Source of the DNA: an uncultured Methanosarcinales archaeon
GTDB lineage: Archaea; Nanobdellota; Nanobdellia; Woesearchaeales; CAYZNE01
Length of the DNA stretch: 38,887 bases
Assembly (NCBI GenBank): GCA_964405295.1
Contig: CAYONI010000006.1
Coordinates: 1 to 38,887 of the forward strand
Direction: 5' to 3'
Part shown: piece after piece, positions 1 to 10,051 of the stretch
How positions within the stretch are numbered: the stretch's first letter is position 1
How the letters are laid out: each line of letters begins with the position of its first letter
Position numbers and translations under genes: made by a program
Notes under the pieces: model-generated
Told to the model about the DNA's origin: nothing
Database searches by the model: none
The model's input: the letters and a program-made list of their open reading frames with translations, nothing else

Positions 1-6
1 AAAAAA

Positions 7-504
7 TTAGTTAAAATTCTTTCCATTACAATTAAATATCTTCTCTATGGAAATCTCTGAAGGAAGAGAAGCAAGAGATCTTGGGTGAGTTATTTTTTCT
101 TTTTCCTTAACCTCTTGCGCAGGAGTAAGAGTTTTCTGCCCTTCTTGAACAACAGGCCTCTTCTTCTCAAGCATAACAATCTTTTGTTCCATTGCATTGA
201 AACCCTTGATTACATCATTCATTTTTGCTGCCATCGTAGACAGACTTTCTTCGTATTGAGAAACTTGTTTTTTCATATAGACTCTCATACTTTGTAACTC
301 GTTGTTTAAACTCGTAACCTCTTTTTCCTGGAAAGCTGATGTTAAAGCCAGCTCCTCGCCACCATTTGTTTCTACCTTGTCTGAAAATGCTTGTTCTTCT
401 CTTTCAGGAATTAAATGTCCGTTAGGAGCTGAATCTGCACTCATTATTGAGTTTATAGAATCTTCAGTTAATAGATTTCTAAGATCATTTGACAATACAA
501 CCAT
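7..504 (-). CDS. Hypothetical protein with central coiled coil
   Basis: 165-aa ORF; GGTGA SD-like motif upstream on the minus strand; heptad-like central segment; no family recognised. Confidence 0.7.
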   Translation of the reverse strand: MVVLSNDLRNLLTEDSINSIMSADSAPNGHLIPEREEQAFSDKVETNGGEELALTSAFQEKEVTSLNNELQSMRVYMKKQVSQYEESLSTMAAKMNDVIKGFNAMEQKIVMLEKKRPVVQEGQKTLTPAQEVKEKEKITHPRSLASLPSEISIEKIFNCNGKNFN

Positions 505-646
505 TTTTTTATCACCGATTTTTTATATTTTAAGATTTATAAAAAAGATATTAATAAACTTCTTTATATACTTTCCCATTCTGGTATGGTAATAAGTATA
601 CCAATATGGTTAAAAACACTAATTTAAGGAAAAGATATCAATAAGT

Positions 647-656
647 TTTATAAATA
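647..656 (+). promoter_or_regulatory. Archaeal TATA box (probably leaderless transcript)
   Basis: TTTATAAATA about 20-30 nt upstream of ATG 677, no SD motif. Confidence 0.5.
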
Positions 657-676
657 ATAATTCTGAAGTTCTAAGT

Positions 677-2674
677 ATGCTTTCAAAAAAGACACTGGTG
701 AGAAATACAAGTTGCATTCTAGTATTGTTAATACTAATAGGTTCAGCATCTGCAATAGACAATATACTTAGCGGATCTGATTATCCATTTAATTATCAGA
801 CTCTTAATATTGATTTAGACATAACAGGAGAAATTGAGATAACAGGGCAATACAATCTGGTTAATCAAGTTAAAATAAACTTAAACCAATACCCAAAACA
901 AAGCACAAATTTAGAATTTGATTTTTTTAATCCAAATTCAAAATACCAAGAAAAAGATAATCATATAGAATTTGAATTCGATGCAAATGAAATAGAACAA
1001 ACACTAGAGTATAAAATATTCTCAAGATTTACAAATCAAAAAAATCAAAAAAAAATAACTTTAGATCCAACATTTCCAATAACCGCTATTGGTCAAGAAT
1101 ATGCTCCATACATATTAGAAACCGAGAACATAGATTCTACATCTGCGATGAGATCAACAGCGTCAAACCTTGTCAGAAACTCTCGCGCGGTATTTGATGC
1201 ATCAGTAGAAATTGCAAGGTGGGTAAACGAAAATATTGAATATGAGCTTAGTGATGAAACAGAAAATAATATACAAAAAGCATCTTGGGCATATGAAAAC
1301 AAAAAAGGTGTTTGTGATGAGAAAACAGCGGTATTTATCTCAATGCTTAGATCAATTGGAATCCCTACAAAATATATATCTGGACTTGCATATACAAATA
1401 TGCTTCAAGAATTTGGACATCACGCATGGGCAGAAGTTTATTTTCCAAATTATGGGTGGGTCCCCTTTGATGTAACATATGGTCAATTCGGATGGATAGA
1501 CGCATCACACATTCCACTATCAGAATCAGTAGATTCTAGAACGAATGCAGTTGAAGCAAGTGCAGTAGGCACAGGAAGCAGCAGTCTAGTTATGGGAATA
1601 ATAGATTATGAAACAAAAGTAATAGAAGAAGGAAACTATGGATTTCCAGATGTTGATATAAAACTCAAAGCACTTTCAAACGAAATAGGGTTTGAGTCAT
1701 ATAATATTATAGAAGCAGAAATTACTAACAACAAAGATTATTATGAAACAATAGAGCTCTTTGCAAGTAGAGTAGAAGGAATGACTTTCATAAATAATCA
1801 AAAGAGATTTATTCTTATACCTCCAAAAAAAACAGAAAAAATAAAGTGGGCAATAAAAATAGATGATGAGCTAAATAAAACATCCTCATATCGATTTCCA
1901 TTTAATGCTTATTTAACAAACAATAATTCTGTAACCATCTATTTTAATGTTACAAACAGAGGAATAATTTATTCTGAAACATATGTTGACAACTTAATAA
2001 ACAATCTCGGGAATATTCAAACAAATATGTATGCAGATTTTATAGAAACAACTTGTGACATACATAAAATATTTATGATAAATGAAAGCTCAACAATAAA
2101 ATGCAAATTAAACAATAATGCAATTGATGAACTAGGTAGAATTAATGCCTGTTTTCAAGGTGAATGTAAACAAATTGAATTTGGTGAAGAAATAGAAAAA
2201 GAAGTTGAGTTTAATCCTGTTTTTAATGAAATTGGATTACAAACTTTGATAATGAACATTTCAAATAATAATGTTAATAAGAATGAATATCTAAATTTCA
2301 ATGTTAAAGACATACCAAAAATAAAAGCAATCTTAGCTGCACCAACTAATGTAAACTTTAGTGACATATTCCTAATAAATATAGATTTAAAAGTCAGCTC
2401 AATATCAAGACCTAAAAATTTACACATCTATCTTAATGGATCAGGCAGAACACAAGAATGGAATTTCCAAAGTTTTGATATTGATCAAGTTATAACTATT
2501 GAAACAAAAGGTAGAGATTTATTTAAGGATAACAATGAGTTTATTCTAAATTTAGAATGGGAAGACGCACTCGAAAGAACTTATAAAGAACAAAGAGAAA
2601 TAACAATAAAATTAGAAAACTTAAACCTATGGCAAAAACTTTATTCTTTTGTAAACAAAATTATAAACAATTAA
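677..2674 (+). CDS. Secreted transglutaminase-like (Cys-His-Asp) domain protein
   Basis: N-terminal signal peptide; GVCDEKTAVFISMLRSIGIP, HAWAEVY and GWVPFDVT motifs; beta-rich C-terminal region. Confidence 0.85.
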   Translation: MLSKKTLVRNTSCILVLLILIGSASAIDNILSGSDYPFNYQTLNIDLDITGEIEITGQYNLVNQVKINLNQYPKQSTNLEFDFFNPNSKYQEKDNHIEFEFDANEIEQTLEYKIFSRFTNQKNQKKITLDPTFPITAIGQEYAPYILETENIDSTSAMRSTASNLVRNSRAVFDASVEIARWVNENIEYELSDETENNIQKASWAYENKKGVCDEKTAVFISMLRSIGIPTKYISGLAYTNMLQEFGHHAWAEVYFPNYGWVPFDVTYGQFGWIDASHIPLSESVDSRTNAVEASAVGTGSSSLVMGIIDYETKVIEEGNYGFPDVDIKLKALSNEIGFESYNIIEAEITNNKDYYETIELFASRVEGMTFINNQKRFILIPPKKTEKIKWAIKIDDELNKTSSYRFPFNAYLTNNNSVTIYFNVTNRGIIYSETYVDNLINNLGNIQTNMYADFIETTCDIHKIFMINESSTIKCKLNNNAIDELGRINACFQGECKQIEFGEEIEKEVEFNPVFNEIGLQTLIMNISNNNVNKNEYLNFNVKDIPKIKAILAAPTNVNFSDIFLINIDLKVSSISRPKNLHIYLNGSGRTQEWNFQSFDIDQVITIETKGRDLFKDNNEFILNLEWEDALERTYKEQREITIKLENLNLWQKLYSFVNKIINN

Positions 2675-2675
2675 A

Positions 2676-3266
2676 ATGGTATTACTAAATTTTTATGAAT
2701 TCATTGATATAATCTTTATGACAGTTATAATTGGATTAATCTTTATGGATTTCTTTAAAATAAAAACACCAGGAAGAAAACCCTGGACAACTGCATTAAC
2801 ACAAAAATGGTTTAACAAAGAATCATTCTTAACAGCAATAATGATTATTGCACCTGCAATAATTCTGCACGAATTTGGACACAAATTTGTTGCAATGTCT
2901 TTTGGTCTCAATGCAAGTTTTAATGCAGCCTATGGATGGTTAATCTTCGCGCTCATACTTAAATTCGTAATACCAGGGTTCATATTCTTAGTTCCTGCAT
3001 ATGTATCAATAAGTCCAGGAGCAACAGCACTACAAAGTTCAACAATCGCTTTTGCAGGGCCATTAGTTAATTTAATAATATTTGGAGCAATAGCACTATT
3101 CTTTATTTATGCTAAGAGCAAAAAACTACAAATAAAAAGAAAAACTATGATGATACTTCTTTTTACAAAAAAAGTTAACCTCTTCTTATTCATATTCAAT
3201 ATGCTACCAATACCTGGATTTGATGGATTTCATGTATTTAGCGGACTAATAAAGATACTTTTCTAG
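2676..3266 (+). CDS. Site-2 protease family (M50) membrane metallopeptidase
   Basis: HEFGH zinc motif, AGPLVN and FNMLPIPGFDG motifs, multiple TM segments. Confidence 0.9.
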   Translation: MVLLNFYEFIDIIFMTVIIGLIFMDFFKIKTPGRKPWTTALTQKWFNKESFLTAIMIIAPAIILHEFGHKFVAMSFGLNASFNAAYGWLIFALILKFVIPGFIFLVPAYVSISPGATALQSSTIAFAGPLVNLIIFGAIALFFIYAKSKKLQIKRKTMMILLFTKKVNLFLFIFNMLPIPGFDGFHVFSGLIKILF

Positions 3267-3353
3267 TTCTAAAAAATATTTTTTCGGATATCAATAAAAC
3301 TATTTCGGAATTCTTTAGTAAATTTATTTATTACTTAGAACTAACTTAAATCT

Positions 3354-4541
3354 ATGGTAAACCAACAAGAAATAGACAAAGAAATCTTACTAAACGAGGA
3401 AAAATCATTAGAACAACTATTAGTTGATAAAAACTACAAAATAACCTCCTTAACTATTAACAAAATGATTGAAAAAATAATGATTCTAAACAAATACGAA
3501 TCTGAATCTACCGGAAGGGAAATATTACGACAAATGCTCATAAATGATAAAGATATAAACAAATATCTAGATGATAAAAGTGTAAAAATAAAAGAAAACT
3601 ACAATAATATGGTTCTAACAAATCTAAAAAGATTAATGGAATCAGAAAGAAAATCTTACAATGAATTAATGAAACCTTTTAGAGATAAAGAAAACATAAA
3701 CAAACATATGACTTTAAATGAGAAAAGTGAAATATTATTCTATAAACTAACTAGACAAAAAACTAAAACAGAAAAACTCAAAGAAAAACTTGATGATGAA
3801 TTAATGTTAAGATCATTTTATAACACAAAAGAGGGGTTAATAGAAAGGCTTGATTCATCAGATTGCCTAAAAATAAAAAATGAAGAATTAATAGAAAAAG
3901 GAAAAGTTCTCATAGAAGATTCAACATACAACCTTATGGCAATTCTTGACACATTAAAAGCAGGTAAAAAATCAGTAATAAAATTAAAAAGTGAAAAACA
4001 AGAAATAGTAGAGGATATTTCTAAAGATGAACATGATCAGTCAACAGGGGTATATAATAAAAAAAGAAATCAAGCAAGCAAATTAACTAATGACATAAAT
4101 ATTATTCATGATGAAGGACTAATCTCTCTTGAAGATGCAGAAGATTTAGAAGCAGAAATAGTTGAATACACTAAAGATGTAAATGAGAAAAACCATTTTA
4201 GAAATTTCTATAAAGATATTTCAAGAGTCTATAGCAGAAGAATAAAAGTAATGTCTAATATTATAATAAAAATAAACCAAGGACTATCATTTAAAGTAGC
4301 ATACGAAGAGGCAAGAATGTTTGTTCAAAATGACACTGCATTTACAAAATATGAAAAAATAAGAAAAGACCAGTACAATGAGAACACTGAAGAATTCTTC
4401 AGTTTTAAGTTCCCACACAAAGAAAATAATCTTCAAACAATTGACCATAGTAAAAAAGATATGGATTACAACGTTATGATCAGTGAAGGAATAAGCAAAA
4501 TAGATTCATTCCTATCTAAAATACCCCAAGCTTATAAATAA
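3354..4541 (+). CDS. Hypothetical coiled-coil protein
   Basis: 395-aa ORF, K/E/N-rich and helical; no recognisable motif. Confidence 0.7.
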   Translation: MVNQQEIDKEILLNEEKSLEQLLVDKNYKITSLTINKMIEKIMILNKYESESTGREILRQMLINDKDINKYLDDKSVKIKENYNNMVLTNLKRLMESERKSYNELMKPFRDKENINKHMTLNEKSEILFYKLTRQKTKTEKLKEKLDDELMLRSFYNTKEGLIERLDSSDCLKIKNEELIEKGKVLIEDSTYNLMAILDTLKAGKKSVIKLKSEKQEIVEDISKDEHDQSTGVYNKKRNQASKLTNDINIIHDEGLISLEDAEDLEAEIVEYTKDVNEKNHFRNFYKDISRVYSRRIKVMSNIIIKINQGLSFKVAYEEARMFVQNDTAFTKYEKIRKDQYNENTEEFFSFKFPHKENNLQTIDHSKKDMDYNVMISEGISKIDSFLSKIPQAYK

Positions 4542-4635
4542 ACACCCAAAAGTTCCAAAAAGTTTATATACTCTAAAATATATAATAGAATATAGATAAT
4601 TATATACCTCTATGGGGAGGGAGGAACATAATTAA

Positions 4636-5058
4636 ATGGCAACAAATGAGATATTAATAAAATTTGCAAAAGACCACGAACAACAACAAACATTATTCAA
4701 TCGATATGACAACGCACAAAAAATTGAGGCAGCAGGAACAACAGACTTATACAATGATTTACGAAACTTCATGAAGAAACACAATAACAGAGAGTGCACC
4801 CTTTATTCTGAATATGAATATACAAGTTCTGAAATGACAGATCTTATTCATAGAGCAAACAACCAAGGAGAAATCCTTTTAGAACTTCTAGAAGACAGTC
4901 TTGTTAGTGAAACAAAAGAAGAAACACTTAAAAATTTAAAGAAATTTCAAGAATTACTAAATAGACAGGTTATTTTAGAAGAAAAGAGTATTTATCCTAG
5001 GATTGAGAAACAGATAAAAGAAAACGGCCAGCCAAGTACAATAATTGATGACTTTTGA
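4636..5058 (+). CDS. Hemerythrin-like (HHE) four-helix protein, degenerate
   Basis: DH...HxxxE..LY and EE..IYP spacing typical of HHE domains; GGAGG SD upstream. Confidence 0.55.
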   Translation: MATNEILIKFAKDHEQQQTLFNRYDNAQKIEAAGTTDLYNDLRNFMKKHNNRECTLYSEYEYTSSEMTDLIHRANNQGEILLELLEDSLVSETKEETLKNLKKFQELLNRQVILEEKSIYPRIEKQIKENGQPSTIIDDF

Positions 5059-5275
5059 GATTTGAATATGAATAAATGTTTTAAGTAAGTTCTAAATAGA
5101 TTTAGATTTCTAAAACTTTTTAAAGCAATAATAAGTCTTTAGATTAAAAAATGACATCCGCTTAAACATTTATGTTGATATATGCAACTAAACGAATGTC
5201 ATCCAAAAAAGCCTAAGACTACAATTCAAAGATGAAGTAAAGGCTTTTTTGAGAATATTTGAGGTTATAAAAAAA

Positions 5276-5512
5276 ATGGCATTTGACAAAAGTTTAGATA
5301 AAGCATTGTTCTCAGAAAGCGCAGAGTTTGAAACAACAAAAGTTACAGTTAGCGTAATGTCTTACAATGAAGGAACAGCAAAATTACAACTATCAAGAGA
5401 AAATCTTAATCCTGAATCTGGAGATTACAGATTTGCAAAATTAGGAAGATTATTCAAAGAAGAAGCAGAAGCAGTAATTCCGCTAATTAAAAAAGCATTA
5501 GAAAAGATGTAA
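5276..5512 (+). CDS. Small protein, putative PC4/YdbC-like nucleic-acid-binding fold
   Basis: ATG 5276 after GAGGT SD (5261-5265); SYNEGTAKLQLSRE...FAKLGRL followed by a C-terminal helix resembles PC4-like topology (inference). Confidence 0.55.
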   Translation: MAFDKSLDKALFSESAEFETTKVTVSVMSYNEGTAKLQLSRENLNPESGDYRFAKLGRLFKEEAEAVIPLIKKALEKM

Positions 5513-5517
5513 TTTTT

Positions 5518-5564
5518 TTCCAGGCGAAGCGGTGCCAATAAACATTATTATGTTTATTGAGCAT
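5518..5564 (+). repeat. Dispersed REP-like palindromic element, copy 1
   Basis: TTCCaggcgaagCGGTGC-CAATAAACAT-tatt-ATGTTTATTG-AGCAT; 10-bp stem. Confidence 0.8.
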
Positions 5565-5565
5565 A

Positions 5566-6105
5566 TTACTTTATTTCTATCTTTTTTATTATAATATCTT
5601 CAAGCGGTTTATCATTTGCACCTGTTTCAACACTACCAATTTCTAATAAAACCTCTTTACCTTTTCTTAACTTTCCAAAAACAGAATGTTTGTTATCAAG
5701 CCAAGGAGTTTCTGCAAGAGTTATAAAAAATTGGCTTCCACCAGTGTTTGGTCCTCTATTTGCCATTGACAATATTCCTTCAGAATCATGTTTTAAAGTT
5801 GGATCAAACTCATCTTGGATAGTATATCCTGGACTTCCAGATCCATCACCATTAGGACAACCACTTTGAACCATAAAATTAGGAATTACCCTATGAAATA
5901 TTAAACCATCATAAAAACCGCTCTCAGCAAGATCAATAAAATTCTTTGTTGTTATAGGAGCTTTATCTTCAAATAACTCAATTTCCATTACTCCATGATT
6001 TGTTTCAATAATCGCAGTTCTATTACCCATATTTACACATCCTGTTAATACTAATATAGTAAGTAATAACATAATAAACGTTGTTACAAAAATTATTTTT
6101 TTCAT
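5566..6105 (-). CDS. Cyclophilin-type peptidyl-prolyl cis-trans isomerase with lipoprotein-like signal
   Basis: [30 protein letters not shown] and [10 protein letters not shown] motifs; start re-called at ATG 6105 after an AAGGTG SD; LTGC lipobox. Confidence 0.92.
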   Translation of the reverse strand: MKKIIFVTTFIMLLLTILVLTGCVNMGNRTAIIETNHGVMEIELFEDKAPITTKNFIDLAESGFYDGLIFHRVIPNFMVQSGCPNGDGSGSPGYTIQDEFDPTLKHDSEGILSMANRGPNTGGSQFFITLAETPWLDNKHSVFGKLRKGKEVLLEIGSVETGANDKPLEDIIIKKIEIK

Positions 6106-6142
6106 TTTATTTAACACCTTTAATGGTAATTTATAAAGATTA

Positions 6143-6625
6143 TTATTTAAGGAATATTGCAAACAACTGTGAACCAGAAAGCATTATTAGCGTAATAATT
6201 AATCCTGCAATCAGAACACCAATAAAATTTATCCAAAAGAAATGTTTTGGCTTTATTCCTAAGATGTATGCAGCAAGAGCTCCAGTATATGAACCTGTTC
6301 CAGGAAACGGGATTCCTATGAAGAATGCAAGAGCGATGTCACCATAAGCTTCTGTTTTTGGAAATATCTTTTCATGGATATGTGAAACTTTTTTTTTATA
6401 AATTTTATCAACTATTTTTATTTTTCGAAACAGATGAACAAACTTGTCTAAAACAAAATAGGCCAAAGGACCAAGCAAAATATTAGTTACAACAGAAACA
6501 ATAACAACATAAATCCAAGCGTAAGGAATAGAAGCAAGTGAAAAAAACCCATAAGGTATTCCTGCTCTTAATTCTAATGTTGGGATTAAAGTTAATAACA
6601 TTACAATAATAAGTTCTTTAATCAT
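6143..6625 (-). CDS. COG2426 / small multidrug export-type membrane protein
   Basis: [10 protein letters not shown] and [14 protein letters not shown] motifs. Confidence 0.8.
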   Translation of the reverse strand: MIKELIIVMLLTLIPTLELRAGIPYGFFSLASIPYAWIYVVIVSVVTNILLGPLAYFVLDKFVHLFRKIKIVDKIYKKKVSHIHEKIFPKTEAYGDIALAFFIGIPFPGTGSYTGALAAYILGIKPKHFFWINFIGVLIAGLIITLIMLSGSQLFAIFLK

Positions 6626-7911
6626 CTTACTCTCTTAAGGATCTTTAGCTTTTTCACCCTTGAGGTTACATATTCATCTTTAATTAATTCTTCAACTAAA
6701 GATAATGGTTCTTTATGCTTTCTTTTAATTTTTATATATAAATGATGATCTTTATCAAATATCTTTTTTCTTCCCTTATATTTTTTTGTAAAATCTTTAC
6801 AAGCATTTCTTTGTTTTTTTGGCGGGCCTCTATGAATGACGTATTCACTTAACTCTTCTTTCTTTATTATGAAATATACATGTTCAAAATCAAATCCGCT
6901 TTCAATAATAGTAAAGTCTTTCTTCTTTAAATTTTTAGCCAAAAATTCTTGTGCCTTCAATATTGCTGTTCCACGAACATCATCACTCTTATCAGATATT
7001 GGAACTACACTCAAGAACACGCCTAACTCTTTCTTATATTTATCTTTCACTTTTTTTATATCTAATTTCTCAATCTTAAAAAAATCTATAGACGGCTTAT
7101 CCAAAAATGCTTGCGCTCTTTGTTTTAAAATATTAAATTTCTCTTTACTTAATGCTGCTGTCGCATTTCTTGAATTATCAACAGGATCAACAAGTATAAT
7201 AGGGCTTCTTAATTTTGAAGAATTAATATTTTTCAACGGTTCCCTAAGCTTACTGTCAACGTCAATAACAACTTTATCTTGCCAGTACTTAGTTGAAGAT
7301 ACAAAATTAATAAAAGAACCATAAAAAGTTACTAGCAAATCAATTGAATGACCACTCAAGCCTTTAATGTAACTTTCTGCACCATACACTCCTGCAGATT
7401 TACAAAATTGTTTTGTTAATCTAATTTCATTAGATAACTTTGGATGCTTTGTTGTTTGTTTTTTTAGATATCCAACATGCAAAGGACTTACATCTGTAAC
7501 ATTCTCTGCTTCTCGCACATTAAATATTTTTAGAACAGGAACAGCTTCAAATTTTATTGATCGGTATTCAAATTGATAATAATCTCTTGATCCATGAACT
7601 CTTTTATATTTGAAATTCAGTTTTTTAGCAACTAATTTTATTATGTGTTCTAAATAATCAGCTAACTCTTTACTTTTATATTCTTGACTAAACTTAATAA
7701 AGAGATCAACATCATGATCACCTTTAAGAAAAGTTCCTTTCGCAACACTTCCCCCTTTAGAACATTCTGCTACAACATCTTCTGCTCTTATGGCAGTGTT
7801 AAACCAAGAAGTAACTCTATTAACTTCTGACATAAAACTGTCAACATACCTTTTTTCTGGTTTTATTTTTGATAATACTTCTGAAAATATTTCGTTATAT
7901 TTTTCTATCAT
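6622..7911 (-). CDS. cca: Archaeal CCA-adding enzyme (class I nucleotidyltransferase)
   Basis: GGSVAKGTFLKGDHDVDLF, DVSPLH, GVYGAE and DPVDNSRN motifs. Confidence 0.95.
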   Translation of the reverse strand: MIEKYNEIFSEVLSKIKPEKRYVDSFMSEVNRVTSWFNTAIRAEDVVAECSKGGSVAKGTFLKGDHDVDLFIKFSQEYKSKELADYLEHIIKLVAKKLNFKYKRVHGSRDYYQFEYRSIKFEAVPVLKIFNVREAENVTDVSPLHVGYLKKQTTKHPKLSNEIRLTKQFCKSAGVYGAESYIKGLSGHSIDLLVTFYGSFINFVSSTKYWQDKVVIDVDSKLREPLKNINSSKLRSPIILVDPVDNSRNATAALSKEKFNILKQRAQAFLDKPSIDFFKIEKLDIKKVKDKYKKELGVFLSVVPISDKSDDVRGTAILKAQEFLAKNLKKKDFTIIESGFDFEHVYFIIKKEELSEYVIHRGPPKKQRNACKDFTKKYKGRKKIFDKDHHLYIKIKRKHKEPLSLVEELIKDEYVTSRVKKLKILKRVR

Positions 7912-8114
7912 TTAAGTTAAACCCCTACCCCTAAGAGCGATATATCGTACCAAAACATATATCTTACAGCTCACAAGATTTATAAACAAGTATTTAAAGG
8001 TTACTATTTTTACCAAGTTAATTTATAAATAAAATCTTTCTTTTTACCCTTAATGTGGATATATGTATATTAATAACAGAAAAACCTTTTAAATAGAAAG
8101 GTCAAAAAACACCA

Positions 8115-9620
8115 TTACCACTTCTTGAAAAAAACTAAAACAATTAGAAATAAAATTAGGACAACAACAAGCAGATTAACAAAAGATGTCGCAGAATCTT
8201 TTATCTCAATTTTTTCTTGAATAACAGATCCAGTTATTTTTTGTGAAACATTAAACTCTAAATTACTTTCTTTATCATTAAACATTCCATCACTTATATT
8301 TCTAAAATGTTCATCAACAAAGACTTCTTTCCCATTAATTTCATTAAAAGTTTGCGTAGTAACTAATGAATTATTTGATACTATCTTTTGAATAGAATTT
8401 TCTTTATCAACCAACTCAGCAGAAGCAATTTCCTGCCTAACAAATCCTTCAACATCAGCCTTGCCCTCAATTCCTAATCCCGAATAAATAATCTCTGCAT
8501 CAGAATAACAAACATCAAGAATTTCTTTTATAGAAAACTTGTATGAAAACTTTTGCGATGAAAACTTGTCAGTTAAATAAGTTTTAAGCTCTTGGGATTT
8601 CTGATATTTCCCATTTTCTTTCTCACATTGAAATCTTATAGAGAAAACTGTTTTAGTTGTATCCCCCTTATATAATTCTCCTGAAACAGAAACATAATTA
8701 CCAGAAATTTTTGCATTATCAAATTCAACAGAAGAGTCTTTATCCTGCACAAAGGAAGATTCTCCAGCACTTACAATAAATACCTGTATCTCAGATCCTG
8801 TTTCATTATTAATATTACTACAATTAACGAAAGTTAATTTGTTTCTTATAACTGCAAACTCATATCTATCATTAATATTTGCAGTCCATTGTTTTTTATT
8901 CGTATTTTTAGTTTCTACCAAAGTTTTCAAAGTATTATTAAAATAATCATCTATCCAATAACTAATAACATAATCATAAGAACTATCACTAATATCATTA
9001 TAAAACTGGATTGCATCACCATTATTAAAAATAGTTTTATTTTCTTTTAATCTCAAATTTAAAGATATATTACAAGTTTCAGAATTATTAACTGTAACAT
9101 TAGTAGTTATATTTATTGAAGTATTAATAGTTTGATTTATAGTTCCATTATTAACAAAATTTACAGCGCAGGGAGTTCCTCCTACTTCTTGAGAGTAATC
9201 CCATGATAAACCATCATAAGAATATGAATATCCCTCTAATCCCCCACCAAAATAAACCCCTTCCAGCAAAGAGACATTATTATAAATAAATATGGCATCC
9301 TCTTCATTCGAGAGCCCATTACCAATTGTTGTTCCAACAGAGTATATCGAGCAATTAATGTCAGAATAATTAAACCCTTCTTCAACTATCAAAGAAAAGT
9401 TGCACTCATGACAATAATGTATCAACTCAAGGCTATCATTTGAAACTATATCACCAATAAAATAGCTAGAAAGATTATTTGTTCCGGTTATTTCAACAAA
9501 CTCTTTATTATTATCATTACCAGAAGGGTTAAACATTACTTCATTAATATGTATTAAATTTGCATTAACATAACTAGTAAATACTATAAAGAATAAGGCA
9601 TACAAAAGGAATTTCTTCAT
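8115..9620 (-). CDS. Lamin-tail-domain (LTD) cell-surface protein
   Basis: Signal peptide; IHINEVMFNPSG...EFVEI, GLSN and GTP motifs of LTD; many N-x-T/S sequons; C-terminal TM anchor. Confidence 0.8.
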   Translation of the reverse strand: MKKFLLYALFFIVFTSYVNANLIHINEVMFNPSGNDNNKEFVEITGTNNLSSYFIGDIVSNDSLELIHYCHECNFSLIVEEGFNYSDINCSIYSVGTTIGNGLSNEEDAIFIYNNVSLLEGVYFGGGLEGYSYSYDGLSWDYSQEVGGTPCAVNFVNNGTINQTINTSINITTNVTVNNSETCNISLNLRLKENKTIFNNGDAIQFYNDISDSSYDYVISYWIDDYFNNTLKTLVETKNTNKKQWTANINDRYEFAVIRNKLTFVNCSNINNETGSEIQVFIVSAGESSFVQDKDSSVEFDNAKISGNYVSVSGELYKGDTTKTVFSIRFQCEKENGKYQKSQELKTYLTDKFSSQKFSYKFSIKEILDVCYSDAEIIYSGLGIEGKADVEGFVRQEIASAELVDKENSIQKIVSNNSLVTTQTFNEINGKEVFVDEHFRNISDGMFNDKESNLEFNVSQKITGSVIQEKIEIKDSATSFVNLLVVVLILFLIVLVFFKKW

Positions 9621-9924
9621 AATGATAGAATTATTCTGCTTTTAAAAAGAATTTGCCAAAAACTTCTGTAATATTTACAACCAAAATCGGAAAATTAGAA
9701 AAACTTAATTTTTCTGTTAATAAAGCAATTAAACAAAAACATTTTTAAATAAACTGACGTTTCCTAAAGCTAATTTAATATGGCCATAGGTTAAAACATA
9801 CTAATTACGATTACTGACTCAAAATGACGAATCCCTCTTATTCATTATATATATTTTCTTATAAGAGACAAACATTAGATTAAGATTAACCCATGTAATT
9901 ATAGAGTTATATTATTATGATTAT

Positions 9925-9999
9925 GCCTTGATAGTGTAGTCCGGTCTATCATGCAGCCTTGTCGAGGCTGCGACCCGGGTTCGAATCCCGGTCAGGGCG
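9925..9999 (+). tRNA. tRNA-Asp (GTC)
   Basis: Acceptor GCCTTGA/TCAGGGC; anticodon arm CAGCC-tt GTC ga-GGCTG; T arm GGTTCGAATCC; CCA not encoded. Confidence 0.97.
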
Positions 10000-10051
10000 T
10001 TTATATTTACTAGTAAACCAGGCCAAGATTCAGAGACACACAATAAGCTTC

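Noticed and set aside
6106..6162. Longer ORF-track starts for cyclophilin (6162), the 5249 ORF and rps12 (18515)
   Set aside because: SD positions and protein features favour starts at 6105, 5276 and 18527
6836..7324. 162-aa plus-strand ORF (likewise 18157-18603, 36368-36859, 37589-37948 and other short nested ORFs)
   Set aside because: Lie opposite or inside well-supported genes and carry no motifs
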